Shown here: positions 50,101 through 57,467 of the stretch, piece by piece
Layout: every line of letters begins with the position of its first letter
How positions within the stretch are numbered: position 1 is the stretch's first letter
IMG/VR virus record: IMGVR_UViG_3300027896_000047
Coordinates: 1 to 59,237 of that record
Source of the DNA: a virus
Lineage: Duplodnaviria > Caudoviricetes
Length of the DNA stretch: 59,237 bases
Reading direction: 5' to 3' (one strand)
Notes under the pieces: model-generated
What the model was told of the DNA's origin: nothing
Databases searched by the model: none
The model's input: only the letters and a program-made list of their open reading frames with translations
Position numbers and translations under genes: made by a program

Positions 50101-50649
50101 CTCAGCTCTTCCAGAAAGTCCAAGATTTAAACCTAGTAAATCATTAGAACGATGTAATGTGGAAAGAGGGGAAGGTTGTAATGTAGGACCTTGTGTAGCA
50201 AATGTGGGGATATCTGTATTAACTCTACCAGAACCTATTTGCTGCATATGGCGTTGCATTTCAGCAACTTGCCCAGCACTATATATAGCTTTCCCACCAG
50301 GTATCTGTTCCGGTGCTTTATTGGAATCAGTAAGAGTTTGGTTTAATGTTCCTACTGTTCTAACCAAACGTTCCATAACACTAGAAATATCAACAGGTGT
50401 AGCTACTCCAGGCGATGCCATGCCTGCACCACCTACTCCAGGCATTCCATTTGACGCTGAAGAACCCGATGGGCGATTCATTTTATCAAGGCTGCCTTGT
50501 AATGAGCTTAGTGAGTTAGTAATACCATCTACTGATGAACGAATCCCTTCAACAGTAGATGTCATTAATTGCTCAATTGCACTTACTATATCAGTGATAT
50601 TACTAGCCTCACCGTTATTAGAACCACCATTCTCAGTATTATCAGCCAT
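44158..50649 (-). CDS. Tail tape measure-like protein, 2163 aa
   Basis: Very long and Ala/Gly/Ser-rich helical. L..LLGS...A.......IAKTQP..F.E tape-measure-type segment; Gly-rich hydrophobic stretches. Confidence 0.75.
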   Translation of the reverse strand: MADNTENGGSNNGEASNITDIVSAIEQLMTSTVEGIRSSVDGITNSLSSLQGSLDKMNRPSGSSASNGMPGVGGAGMASPGVATPVDISSVMERLVRTVGTLNQTLTDSNKAPEQIPGGKAIYSAGQVAEMQRHMQQIGSGRVNTDIPTFATQGPTLQPSPLSTLHRSNDLLGLNLGLSGRAERGQYPTHDNSIGIGSDLKSFLGKNEMMIRTLQGSLGKSYEYAQNAGQTGDDYRNTVFARSKMQSFYASQAAAGTPVTLREQGLMNVGLNERAMRDSGMLTSQAGSSLSRLISAHQSAGTKYSPFISLSGGEGEPGQTVSTKSYMKADQMGAYGAGLLQTMTSMDQALTAGDVKQSVVNDIRNKANSIRDNVVSNILTPGMAEKIQGVGVNLGDVNLQSVQSAQEKAGNAHNTLMKLNEQRLAKNLELNKVIQEEPHGDEKDEATGKYKSPKVQKIQDRIETLDKRSSAVETQRDLAENIYKQGRSDITNAFTNADIQKLNKSGDQSLQKIGATLDTVNKVQHGSSVYEGTAEMTRAEKVKGVVDDKVAGGNEFAAAMMKNLQWSLMFAFSGTVFQALSQIPQQATYETVQPVYSGISNIMGLSPLKNEVMGFGERSPAILGEIQDRTNSLQSLLGSRSAATQAVSSALDIAKTQPIHFTEAMQVMTSMATLPSIKSQAANPAFQKTMLENVQMLGMVNPEQGTGGALFAIREMLAGQYRSLQMRFQMSPDLLASYAGKTTTQMKSLSGVEMMNTMNQSLMGMFGGSEILMRKGAEGAVVTKNITDTMASSILNPMASEQNPATLALLRNAMGTKPGDMGKLTSLLPDSQQQAIRGAALESVAGRYGVKYEREDSIDSLAQKYTEKRGGSYDRNKEMLSRDVGQQTRNNVESLYGTPAGAQSLILTGINKALGSVLTNFSPSAGISSAMNGFLTPFMGRMDTYDTKVAQADKSSNSDSERKAAAHELVSGFFSDVRGAIHSVAASVDKSELKGIIKEVTDTVRIGAQEVFAPIGKAIMIQTAKTAIDIPRVMIGGGLSAIGGEALDMTKSVGHVVGKTFRTLTGTSSDADKKEGLGTSEGVMRGAASAVSMLAWQQGIAGLRTAPLRAAAKFGGLSLVSQGISELADGSGGTSALLSGAFGTALTMLPQVFTSTLNRAVATSVNRSASRLSTGHGVTAANVGAVEEGLFGRAGAIGGGVVDAVTMFSGSDAFVLANKRRKESGILSSTQALDPTTGLMKTTWKQESGSGLNAAVESLFGTAVLSKARGGIVPKLTGEDAALATSAYTTKGFFGSYLGKGLGVVGGTVSAAVGAHDLITNNGSNNAMQTTGSWVQAIGGATAAIGPFIPVAGTVVTALGLLASGIGGALNYFGGKSKEKEEETFKKDKDISEQRDEILRQTITIPETDTKTAMGKSFDAYSRNAHLDAVMEGKDLDEFRKNNETLSTYHIESTKGLNSDLLKIYDSSQQEHNKGWGEETNKLGKENDFIRGVQPLMQDFASRAFAHPEAVYTQKDGIITNTVKSDVLADLTSKFKGLGLGDKEASSAIGVLLSKIDSGRKGYDDTKANVIAGFKNTASDSIRNFVGDARFGNTRPEDVAKDSFDTPQAMQALGEKVVRNINKANALQKEGAGSVDEVMTSGVGLWGVSPEKALAYEKAQGAYEAKMLENGNIDPKAMAGPGGLAMRMRVAGVVGEERAEELGSMNYDKHMTGILKNEAGFMRQIDKKEMPSGFSARDTKEMDVMTEALSSIGNVAGSSASSLDTLTAALTTFLTTVESFDNPKNNKGASKSATEEPEEHKGDTQKELNIESWVSKKETQQEAWSKEHRAMGLGALQSELSENKKTESERRENESSGIWGEKVTPYEENARKEFDEKQKNIEKFIKDKKETVGDGVAAIEPEFNAISSIPKPDKSILDRLSNFFVSEAVADELPEQYKDKPAKDLGVPNPDQLDEDRAFKKQQEKFWDNSEKGNPVQERVDAETSNSGYTTALEREQRAKAPESHNKFNRDTGSGGQLTQYSPTGFMQRWNMPAGETGGSPTTAGWFSPQTDGTQADKEEMSSALRDMLNQGETVAPTGNMSMSEIGEQMSMMSQNPGTTYHSGGLDIQFATEKQMALSQAMAYRMDAYQARNAPTNDDSGNQISGDAHFYGAKVIYIKDTSS

Positions 50650-50712
50650 GACAATTTATTCCTAATGGATATTGTGCATCTATTACGTACATCAACTCTT
50701 ATAACTTATATA

Positions 50713-51465
50713 TTATAGGAGAGCTTCGACAAAACCATTACCTAAAGTAACTTCAGCACTCATCCATGTTTCATGTTGTAACAGTTCATTAATAGTTGAT
50801 TCAGAGAGATTGGTATGTGCAACAAAAAATTTAACAATTTGTACTTGCATATCTTCATAATGTTTCATATAATCAAGTAAATCTTGTCTTTTTCCTTGAA
50901 TAGCTGCTCTGAATTGATGGATTAGTACATGTGTATTTTTAGTCAGTGTTCTTTTCTTACCGGCTAAAAGAACCATAACACCCATAGACGCGACAGTACC
51001 TGTACCTATTGTGTTAATAGGAATATAAAAATTATTCATAAAATCAATTAAATCCCAACCAGCTGAAATAACTCCTCCAGGACTAGCAATACGAAGATCT
51101 ATATGCATTTGATTAGGATCGTGAATCCCTAATTGATGATATTGTGTAAGTACTGTTTGTCCAGTAGAGATGATAGTTTGTTTTAACATATCAACACTAT
51201 CTTTACTTATCTCCCCATCAAAGTGAATTGTATTACCATCAGTATATATAGTAGGCATATCAGCAAACATAAAACCCCATACTAAATCAACTTGTGGGAT
51301 CATACCTTGTCTTGAAATTACAGGTTGATTAGTATTTGGAGTAACATCAATACTAACATCGCAATTTGAATTTACATCTTCTTTCACTTTTGTACCGGCC
51401 TTTTTTTCTTCTTCAAGAGTAAGCATATCATTTACTGGTACAAAACTCCCTTTTTTGACAGTCAT
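50713..51465 (-). CDS. ClpP-like serine protease
   Basis: I.SPGG....G, G.VASMG (Ser), LIHQ (His) and ETWMSAE...GFV. Confidence 0.85.
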   Translation of the reverse strand: MTVKKGSFVPVNDMLTLEEEKKAGTKVKEDVNSNCDVSIDVTPNTNQPVISRQGMIPQVDLVWGFMFADMPTIYTDGNTIHFDGEISKDSVDMLKQTIISTGQTVLTQYHQLGIHDPNQMHIDLRIASPGGVISAGWDLIDFMNNFYIPINTIGTGTVASMGVMVLLAGKKRTLTKNTHVLIHQFRAAIQGKRQDLLDYMKHYEDMQVQIVKFFVAHTNLSESTINELLQHETWMSAEVTLGNGFVEALL

Positions 51466-51486
51466 TGTGTTCTCCTAAGTGTATTT

Positions 51487-53628
51487 TTAGAATGTGCTAA
51501 TTATAAAATCATCTTCATCGTCATAATCAATTACTCTACTTACATATTTATGTTCATCACTATGTTTTATACCATTTAAAAGCTCTTTCTCTTTCTCTTC
51601 AGACTTTTTGATTTTGAATTTTGATCTAAGGGAATCTAAATCAACTTGATCTTTTTGTATATATTTTCTATCTTGCTTTTCTTTCCAACGACTGAGGTAC
51701 TCAGCGATAGGATGTCCTTCTTCCTTCACTAATAATGAACTACTAAGTAACAAATCGTCATCGATTTCATTTGCTGAATAGTCAGATGAATGCATGCGTA
51801 AAAATTCTTTATATCTAACAAGCATTTTAAATCCAAGTATACCTATAGCATACGCCAAAATATGGTCATCATGGTACCCTGATTGTGCAGTCCATTTACC
51901 ATCAGGTTTTTGTATATATGTTCTTAATTCATTACAAAATTCAAAAGGTAAACTAATTTCGTTTTTATATGTTGTTACGTAATCTTGAAATGTAGCTATA
52001 AGCAGCATTTTTGACGCTGGTTGTGTCCCCCATCCTTTTACACCTACTGTAAAAACAGATTTAATTGCATCAAATCTGTTAAGTATTAAATCCTCTTTAT
52101 ATTGCCCATCTTCCACAAAATATGATAAAAGAACATGCCCATGGTTATTTCTTTCAGTATTTATCCACGCATTGTTGTAAAATGTCCCTATTAAACGCAC
52201 TATATCAGTAAATCTACGTATAGAAATACTATTGCTTGCATATTTAGCTACCACCTGAGCCAGAACCCCGTCATTTAGTGTTTTAGGGAGTTTAAAAACT
52301 ATTACCACACTCGAATCACTTTTAACACCCTCAGCAGTGTCAACGCCCAGCATATATTCTCCATCATCAGTAGGAGGCGAATATACAATCAATCCTGGTA
52401 TATCTGTGTCTAGAACCATAATGTCTTCAACTACATTTTCTAAACAATTCTGAGTTAGAACCTCAATTACTTTAGCATCCATGGTATTCCCAGATGCTGC
52501 GAAGTCCAGATCTAATTCCTGTGCAATTGCTTTTGCACCTTTCTCCATTGAAATCTTTGAGCACATATGCTTGTACCAATTCAATGAAGAAGTAAATCCA
52601 CGTCTTGAGAACTCACTTTCTGGTAATTGCGACCAATGTACTGCCATTGGTCTAAATACAGATAATGCCTGTTGTGCTAGATCTATTGCTACTTGGTTTT
52701 CTAATGTCTTATTAGTACTAACTGTTAGAGTTAATGACTTATTAGTCATTTGCCATATCTTGTGATATAGATTACCAACGCCTTTAGGAGTAGCGATAAT
52801 TACAATAATACCACCTGCAGATACTGACATAGAAACTGAAGTCCATACTTTTTCAGCATGGGCGTATTCAGCAAACTCATCAAGTACAACTAAGTTAGGA
52901 GAATAAGAACGTCCGGCTTTTGCAGTAGGTGGAAGTGCTTGAATGCCTGATCTTTTTGATTTATCTCCTGTTATACTGCACCAGAGTTCGTGCTCATTTG
53001 CATTTAATAGTTTTGATTTTAAGGGACCAGGAATTTCAGAGTACACAGCATTAAGATCACCAAGAAATTTAATAGCCTCTCTATCGGTTTGGGACATTAC
53101 AAGATCGTAAATATTTCGATTAAAATTAATATGCCATGCTACAAGAACTTGGAAAATTGTAGAAAGTCCTGTCTGTCTGGATTTCAGTAATATAGTATCA
53201 ACACGAGTATTAAAATCAGTATGTTTTGATGTTACTTTGTAGAAATTATGGAGTTCAGCAGGGATAACACGAGATAATTCAATATTTTTCTCAGCTATAT
53301 TTTTCCACCACTTTTCATATTCAAATTTATATTTGAATGAACGTAGAGATTCTATTGATGCAACTGATCTTTTCTGATGTAATGTTTGTGATATTGGAAG
53401 TGCTACATCTAGTTGGAAATCAAATGGTTTCATTTGAATTACACCAACATTTGGATGTCTGATACGTGCGTAATGATTAATAAAATATTCAAAATCGTTT
53501 TTACATTTTGTAAATTCGGTTACAACTAATTCTCTTTTCTCTTTAACTGTTAATGACGTAAATTCATCTGCTTCAAAATTAATTGGCATATTCGTTATAC
53601 AATCCTTGTTAAAATTTAACGGAAACAT
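51487..53628 (-). CDS. terL: Terminase large subunit (T4 gp17-like)
   Basis: KC.NDF.YF...Y..I.HP, KSRQTGLST Walker A, VLDEFA Walker B, ATPKG..N, GVDTAEG, ERNN.G and HDD. Confidence 0.93.
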   Translation of the reverse strand: MFPLNFNKDCITNMPINFEADEFTSLTVKEKRELVVTEFTKCKNDFEYFINHYARIRHPNVGVIQMKPFDFQLDVALPISQTLHQKRSVASIESLRSFKYKFEYEKWWKNIAEKNIELSRVIPAELHNFYKVTSKHTDFNTRVDTILLKSRQTGLSTIFQVLVAWHINFNRNIYDLVMSQTDREAIKFLGDLNAVYSEIPGPLKSKLLNANEHELWCSITGDKSKRSGIQALPPTAKAGRSYSPNLVVLDEFAEYAHAEKVWTSVSMSVSAGGIIVIIATPKGVGNLYHKIWQMTNKSLTLTVSTNKTLENQVAIDLAQQALSVFRPMAVHWSQLPESEFSRRGFTSSLNWYKHMCSKISMEKGAKAIAQELDLDFAASGNTMDAKVIEVLTQNCLENVVEDIMVLDTDIPGLIVYSPPTDDGEYMLGVDTAEGVKSDSSVVIVFKLPKTLNDGVLAQVVAKYASNSISIRRFTDIVRLIGTFYNNAWINTERNNHGHVLLSYFVEDGQYKEDLILNRFDAIKSVFTVGVKGWGTQPASKMLLIATFQDYVTTYKNEISLPFEFCNELRTYIQKPDGKWTAQSGYHDDHILAYAIGILGFKMLVRYKEFLRMHSSDYSANEIDDDLLLSSSLLVKEEGHPIAEYLSRWKEKQDRKYIQKDQVDLDSLRSKFKIKKSEEKEKELLNGIKHSDEHKYVSRVIDYDDEDDFIISTF

Positions 53629-53653
53629 AATTATTTATTGATGTTTTATTCAG

Positions 53654-53682
53654 TTGCATTTTGATACATTAGATGCTATATT
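53654..53682 (+). promoter_or_regulatory. Sigma70-like promoter with extended -10
   Basis: TTGCAT-N17-TATATT with TG at 53674-53675; divergent from terL. Confidence 0.7.
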
Positions 53683-53711
53683 ATTTACATTAATTTAAAT
53701 AGAGGAGTAGT

Positions 53712-54341
53712 ATGCAGAAAGAGAGATTTGTTTTAGGAATACATGGTGATATAGGATCTGGAAAATCTATAGTTTCAAAATTTTTAGTGAATAAACTTGA
53801 TTTTAAGTGTCTATCATTTGCAGATCCAGTTAGGAGAGCGTGTTTTGCTATATTTAATTTTACACCTGATCAAATGAGTGATCGTAATCATAAAGAAATT
53901 GTTGACCCTAGATGGGGTATTTCCCCAAGAAATGCAATGCGTTTACTTGCTACTGATCTTTTAAGAGAAAAAGTATGTGAAGATATATGGATTCGAAATC
54001 TGCATCAAAGAATAGAAACATTCTGTACTCAAAATTCTATTGTTATTGATGATGTACGATATCAAAATGAAGTTGATTTTATTGAAAATGAACTAAAAGG
54101 TACAGTAATACATATAATGCGTCATAAAAATCCATTCGAACCCCATTCATCAGAACATTCATCTGATTGTCAACAATTAGCTATAAAATCAGGTGTTGTT
54201 ATATATAATGATGCAGGAATTGATGAGATACAAGTACAATTGTTATTCCTATTATATAATATAGGGTATTTTAATAAGCACATATTTGAAAAAATGGTCG
54301 AGATATTAAATCGTACTACTGATGTATGTAAAAGATCATAA
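53712..54341 (+). CDS. Deoxynucleoside monophosphate kinase
   Basis: G..GSGKS P-loop, SFADP, PR......T...R, IDDVRYQNE and H.SD. Confidence 0.88.
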   Translation: MQKERFVLGIHGDIGSGKSIVSKFLVNKLDFKCLSFADPVRRACFAIFNFTPDQMSDRNHKEIVDPRWGISPRNAMRLLATDLLREKVCEDIWIRNLHQRIETFCTQNSIVIDDVRYQNEVDFIENELKGTVIHIMRHKNPFEPHSSEHSSDCQQLAIKSGVVIYNDAGIDEIQVQLLFLLYNIGYFNKHIFEKMVEILNRTTDVCKRS

Positions 54342-54363
54342 TCTTAAAGTTAAAGGAGTTAAT

Positions 54364-55416
54364 ATGGCACACGAAATAATGGAACATGACGAGATATTAT
54401 CAGTAAGGGAAAAACCTTGGCATGGAATTGGTGATATTATTGAAGATGATATCTCGGTCGATGATGCTCGTAGACGTTACCTTACCTGGATTGCTACTAA
54501 AGTTAACACATCAGCTGAGATTCCTGGAGCTAATGGTGTGACTAATTATGTACGTATACCAGAGAAATATGCTATCATGCGTGAAGATACACAGGGTCTT
54601 TTAGGATCATGTACTGGTCGATATCGGATATACCAAAATTCAGATATGTGGGATGTTATTGATACACATGTTATGAAATCCGGTATGACAATTGAGACCG
54701 TAGGATCACTCAAAAATGGTAAGTATACCTGGATCCTCTTAAAAGGAGATACTTTTGAAGTAGTTAAAGGTGATCCTATTGAAAAGTTTCTATTATTTAG
54801 AAATGCTTTTACTGGTAATGTCCCAGTAAGTATTTTGTTCACTAATGTACGAGTTGTTTGTGCTAACACGATTTTAGCTGCTTTTGAGGGTGCAAAACAT
54901 ACATATAACGTTCGCCATATGGGAGATGTTATTTCAAGAGTAGCAGAAATTGAAAAAATGATTGCGGCACAAAAGAAATACCAGGATAAAACTAAGGAGG
55001 CTCTTCAAACATTATCGGGGAAACAAATGCTTTTGAAGGATATGAAAGCTATTCTGGAGGATACAATTTTCCCTTATGATGAGAATTCTCTTATTGTAAC
55101 TTCCAATAGTAAGATTATCCCTATCAACACTCTTAGGGCTCAGGTGTTACGTGAAAAACAACAACTCCTCAAACAAAAAAGAGATAGAAAAGTTGCACAA
55201 GTTCTTGATTTAGTCGAGAATGGTGCAGGTTCTGATATTATAGGGGTTAAAGGCACCGCTTATGGGTTGTATCAAGCTGCCATTGAATGGGCAGATCATA
55301 GTAAAATTGTTCGTACATCTCTGCACAATACAAGTGCTGCACGGTTTGAGAATGCTATGTATAATTCAGAACCGTTTAAAATCAATGTAATGGATACACT
55401 TCTAAAGGCCGCATAA
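54364..55416 (+). CDS. DUF932/DUF945-family phage/plasmid protein
   Basis: MAHEI......VREKPWHGIG, Y...QN, ET.GSL..G, T.VRVVCANT, RH.G and GTAYGLY.A; start taken after AAGGAG. Confidence 0.85.
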   Translation: MAHEIMEHDEILSVREKPWHGIGDIIEDDISVDDARRRYLTWIATKVNTSAEIPGANGVTNYVRIPEKYAIMREDTQGLLGSCTGRYRIYQNSDMWDVIDTHVMKSGMTIETVGSLKNGKYTWILLKGDTFEVVKGDPIEKFLLFRNAFTGNVPVSILFTNVRVVCANTILAAFEGAKHTYNVRHMGDVISRVAEIEKMIAAQKKYQDKTKEALQTLSGKQMLLKDMKAILEDTIFPYDENSLIVTSNSKIIPINTLRAQVLREKQQLLKQKRDRKVAQVLDLVENGAGSDIIGVKGTAYGLYQAAIEWADHSKIVRTSLHNTSAARFENAMYNSEPFKINVMDTLLKAA

Positions 55417-55427
55417 AATAAAAAACA

Positions 55428-55476
55428 CAAGCCTCCCTAAAACATAAGTAAACACTACTGTTTTAGGGAGGTTTGT
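55428..55476 (+). terminator. Hairpin between DUF932 and endonuclease genes
   Basis: CAAGCCTCCCTAAAACA...TGTTTTAGGGAGGTTTG; it would sequester the GGAGG RBS of the next gene. Confidence 0.6.
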
Positions 55477-55477
55477 T

Positions 55478-56008
55478 GTGAATATAGATGCATTGATACA
55501 ACTTGAAACGAAAGAGCTGTTTGCTTTAAGAGAGAGATTACATAAAGAACAGAACGGGATTTGCCCTATCCTCAAGCAGAAATTCCCTGTTGATATGATG
55601 GTAGTAGACCATCAACATCGGAGGTCGAATTCAAAAATAGGTAAAAATGGAGGTGGGTTAATAAGAGGTGTCATTCATAGACAAATTAACTCTTACGAAG
55701 GCAAAGTTTCAAAGAATTTTATACGTACAGGTCTTGCAGCATTAGGTTTCTCCCTCCCAGAAGTTCTTAGAGCTTTAGCTGATTATTACGAACGCGAAGC
55801 ACTTCCTTATGTACACCCAAATGAAAAGCCTAGAGGAAAAACACTAGGTAAACAACTGTTTAATAAAATTAGTAAAGCATATAGTATTGCTTACCCAAAA
55901 AGAAAACCGTTAGAATACCCACAAATGAGAGGACCTAAAAAAACAAAACCTCCTCTTCTAACTGCGAAATGGATTGAATTAATCAAAGAACTAAACATTA
56001 AGGAGTAA
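55478..56008 (+). CDS. Endonuclease VII-like (His-Me finger) nuclease
   Basis: Q.GICPI...VVDHQH...G.IRGVI....N..EGK. Confidence 0.8.
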   Translation: MNIDALIQLETKELFALRERLHKEQNGICPILKQKFPVDMMVVDHQHRRSNSKIGKNGGGLIRGVIHRQINSYEGKVSKNFIRTGLAALGFSLPEVLRALADYYEREALPYVHPNEKPRGKTLGKQLFNKISKAYSIAYPKRKPLEYPQMRGPKKTKPPLLTAKWIELIKELNIKE

Positions 56009-56014
56009 AAATTT

Positions 56015-56464
56015 ATGGATTGTAAGTGTTCAAAAGAGTTGACGTTAAAAGTTAAAGATATTTCAGGAATTCAGGATTGTTCTAGACCACATTCGACTGA
56101 TGCTGCATTTGATGTACGTTCTTCGGAAAATGTTATTATGGGATCCGGTGTTTGGTGTATAATTAGCACAGGCCTATTTCTTGACATTCCTCCTGGGCAT
56201 GAAATACAAGTACGCCCAAGATCTGGTATAGCATTTAAAAAGGGTGTTACTGTTCTTAATAGTCCTGGAACAATTGATGAGCATTATACTGATGAATGTA
56301 AAGTTATTTTAATAAATCATAGTAAAGAAGTGTTTTATGTTAATGTAGGTGATCGCATAGCTCAATTTGTATTATCACCCATTCCAAAATATACAATTGA
56401 GTTTGTAGATGAAATCAATAAAGAATCTCGGGGTGGAGGATTTGGACATTCAGGAGTAAAATAA
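56015..56464 (+). CDS. dut: Trimeric dUTPase
   Basis: A.FD, RPRSG, NSPGTID..Y, GDRIAQ and RGGGFGHSG. Confidence 0.95.
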   Translation: MDCKCSKELTLKVKDISGIQDCSRPHSTDAAFDVRSSENVIMGSGVWCIISTGLFLDIPPGHEIQVRPRSGIAFKKGVTVLNSPGTIDEHYTDECKVILINHSKEVFYVNVGDRIAQFVLSPIPKYTIEFVDEINKESRGGGFGHSGVK

Positions 56465-56667
56465 TGCCAAAGAATATTTTTGCTTATACAGAAACAGAAT
56501 ATAATACATACCCTGGGTATGTTTCTCTAAATCAAACATACAATGGTAGAGTGGTATTATCTGTACGTTCAAAAAATAGTGCAGATGTTTCAGAAATTGA
56601 ACTTCCTTTAGAGCAACTTAAAGAATTAGCGTATTCAATAGCTAATAGTAGCATAGTAGATTTGTAA
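56464..56667 (+). CDS. Hypothetical protein
   Basis: TAATG coupling to dut. Confidence 0.5.
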   Translation: MPKNIFAYTETEYNTYPGYVSLNQTYNGRVVLSVRSKNSADVSEIELPLEQLKELAYSIANSSIVDL

Positions 56668-56694
56668 GTATTAAAATACTCTATATTTTTAAAT

Positions 56695-56731
56695 AAAAGG
56701 GCGTTACCTGTGATGGGTAACGCCCTTTTTT
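56695..56731 (+). terminator. Intrinsic terminator (possibly bidirectional)
   Basis: AAAAGGGCGTTACCT-gtgat-GGGTAACGCCCTTTTTT. Confidence 0.85.
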
Positions 56732-56810
56732 ATTATGTGGATGTAAAACATCAGAAAAGTATTTGTTTTTACCGTGTTGTTAATTTTTTAAATAAAAAGA
56801 GAGGTTATTT

Positions 56811-57017
56811 GTGGAAACAACAGACATCTGGTTTGCATCGTATTTGAGACACAAGAATTTTGAGCTGCTTGATTTTGAAGTGATTCACAGAGGTAAAGGA
56901 AAATATAAATTTAATATTACTGAAGATGAATGGAAAGCATTAAAATTAGAGTTTTCAACTTCTGAAACAAATGCTATTAAATCATTTCATTTGTCACTTA
57001 AAGACATGACATATTAA
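56811..57017 (+). CDS. Small conserved phage protein (DUF5659-like)
   Basis: T.DIWFASYL....F.L........K..F.F pattern; GAGAGG RBS and GTG start. Confidence 0.5.
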   Translation: METTDIWFASYLRHKNFELLDFEVIHRGKGKYKFNITEDEWKALKLEFSTSETNAIKSFHLSLKDMTY

Positions 57018-57066
57018 TTTATATCTCTTTATTAAACAAAAAGAATATATTATGAAGGTGTAATGC

Positions 57067-57450
57067 ATGATTCCTGCATATGTTGATTTAGGAAGTCAAA
57101 CAGAGGGTGATACTTGGGAAGGTCTTGAAATTGGGCCTGTTGTTGATCAAGATAGTAACCCTATGCCACATCCCTGTGCTTCATGTAGGATTGATTTTAG
57201 ACATAAAATATCAGGTATGCTTGGTGTTCGTTTAACATCAATACCTACAACAGTAAATCAAGTTATTACTGTACCTGCTACTATTCTTATACTTGATGCT
57301 AATGCATGGTTATTTAGCATTCCTGAACTTAACTTAGGGTTAAAAGCAGGGCCATACGAATGGGAATTTGAAACAACAGATACATCAGGGGTGGTAAGAT
57401 CTTTATATTCAGGGGATCTTGTTATTGTAGTAGATATTACACATGACTGA
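57067..57450 (+). CDS. Virion structural protein, BppU-N/Ig-like
   Basis: GDTW...L.AG.Y.WE.E.TD..G.V.....G...I..DIT; precedes the tail fibre gene. Confidence 0.6.
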   Translation: MIPAYVDLGSQTEGDTWEGLEIGPVVDQDSNPMPHPCASCRIDFRHKISGMLGVRLTSIPTTVNQVITVPATILILDANAWLFSIPELNLGLKAGPYEWEFETTDTSGVVRSLYSGDLVIVVDITHD

Positions 57451-57467
57451 AATTTGAGGTAGTATAA

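Noticed and set aside
44831-50665. Many plus-strand ORFs opposite the tape-measure gene, and similar antisense ORFs elsewhere (e.g. 42-242, 887-1516, 16043-16510, 39262-39564)
   Set aside because: Shadow ORFs caused by codon bias of the real gene on the other strand; no RBS or recognisable motifs.
53180-53400. Intein or intron in terL (extra ~60 aa before Walker A)
   Set aside because: No Cys/Ser start or His-Asn end splice motifs and the frame is continuous; treated as a simple insertion.
55478-56008. Mobile homing endonuclease
   Set aside because: It does not interrupt a gene and resembles endonuclease VII-like resolvases; mobility cannot be supported from sequence alone.
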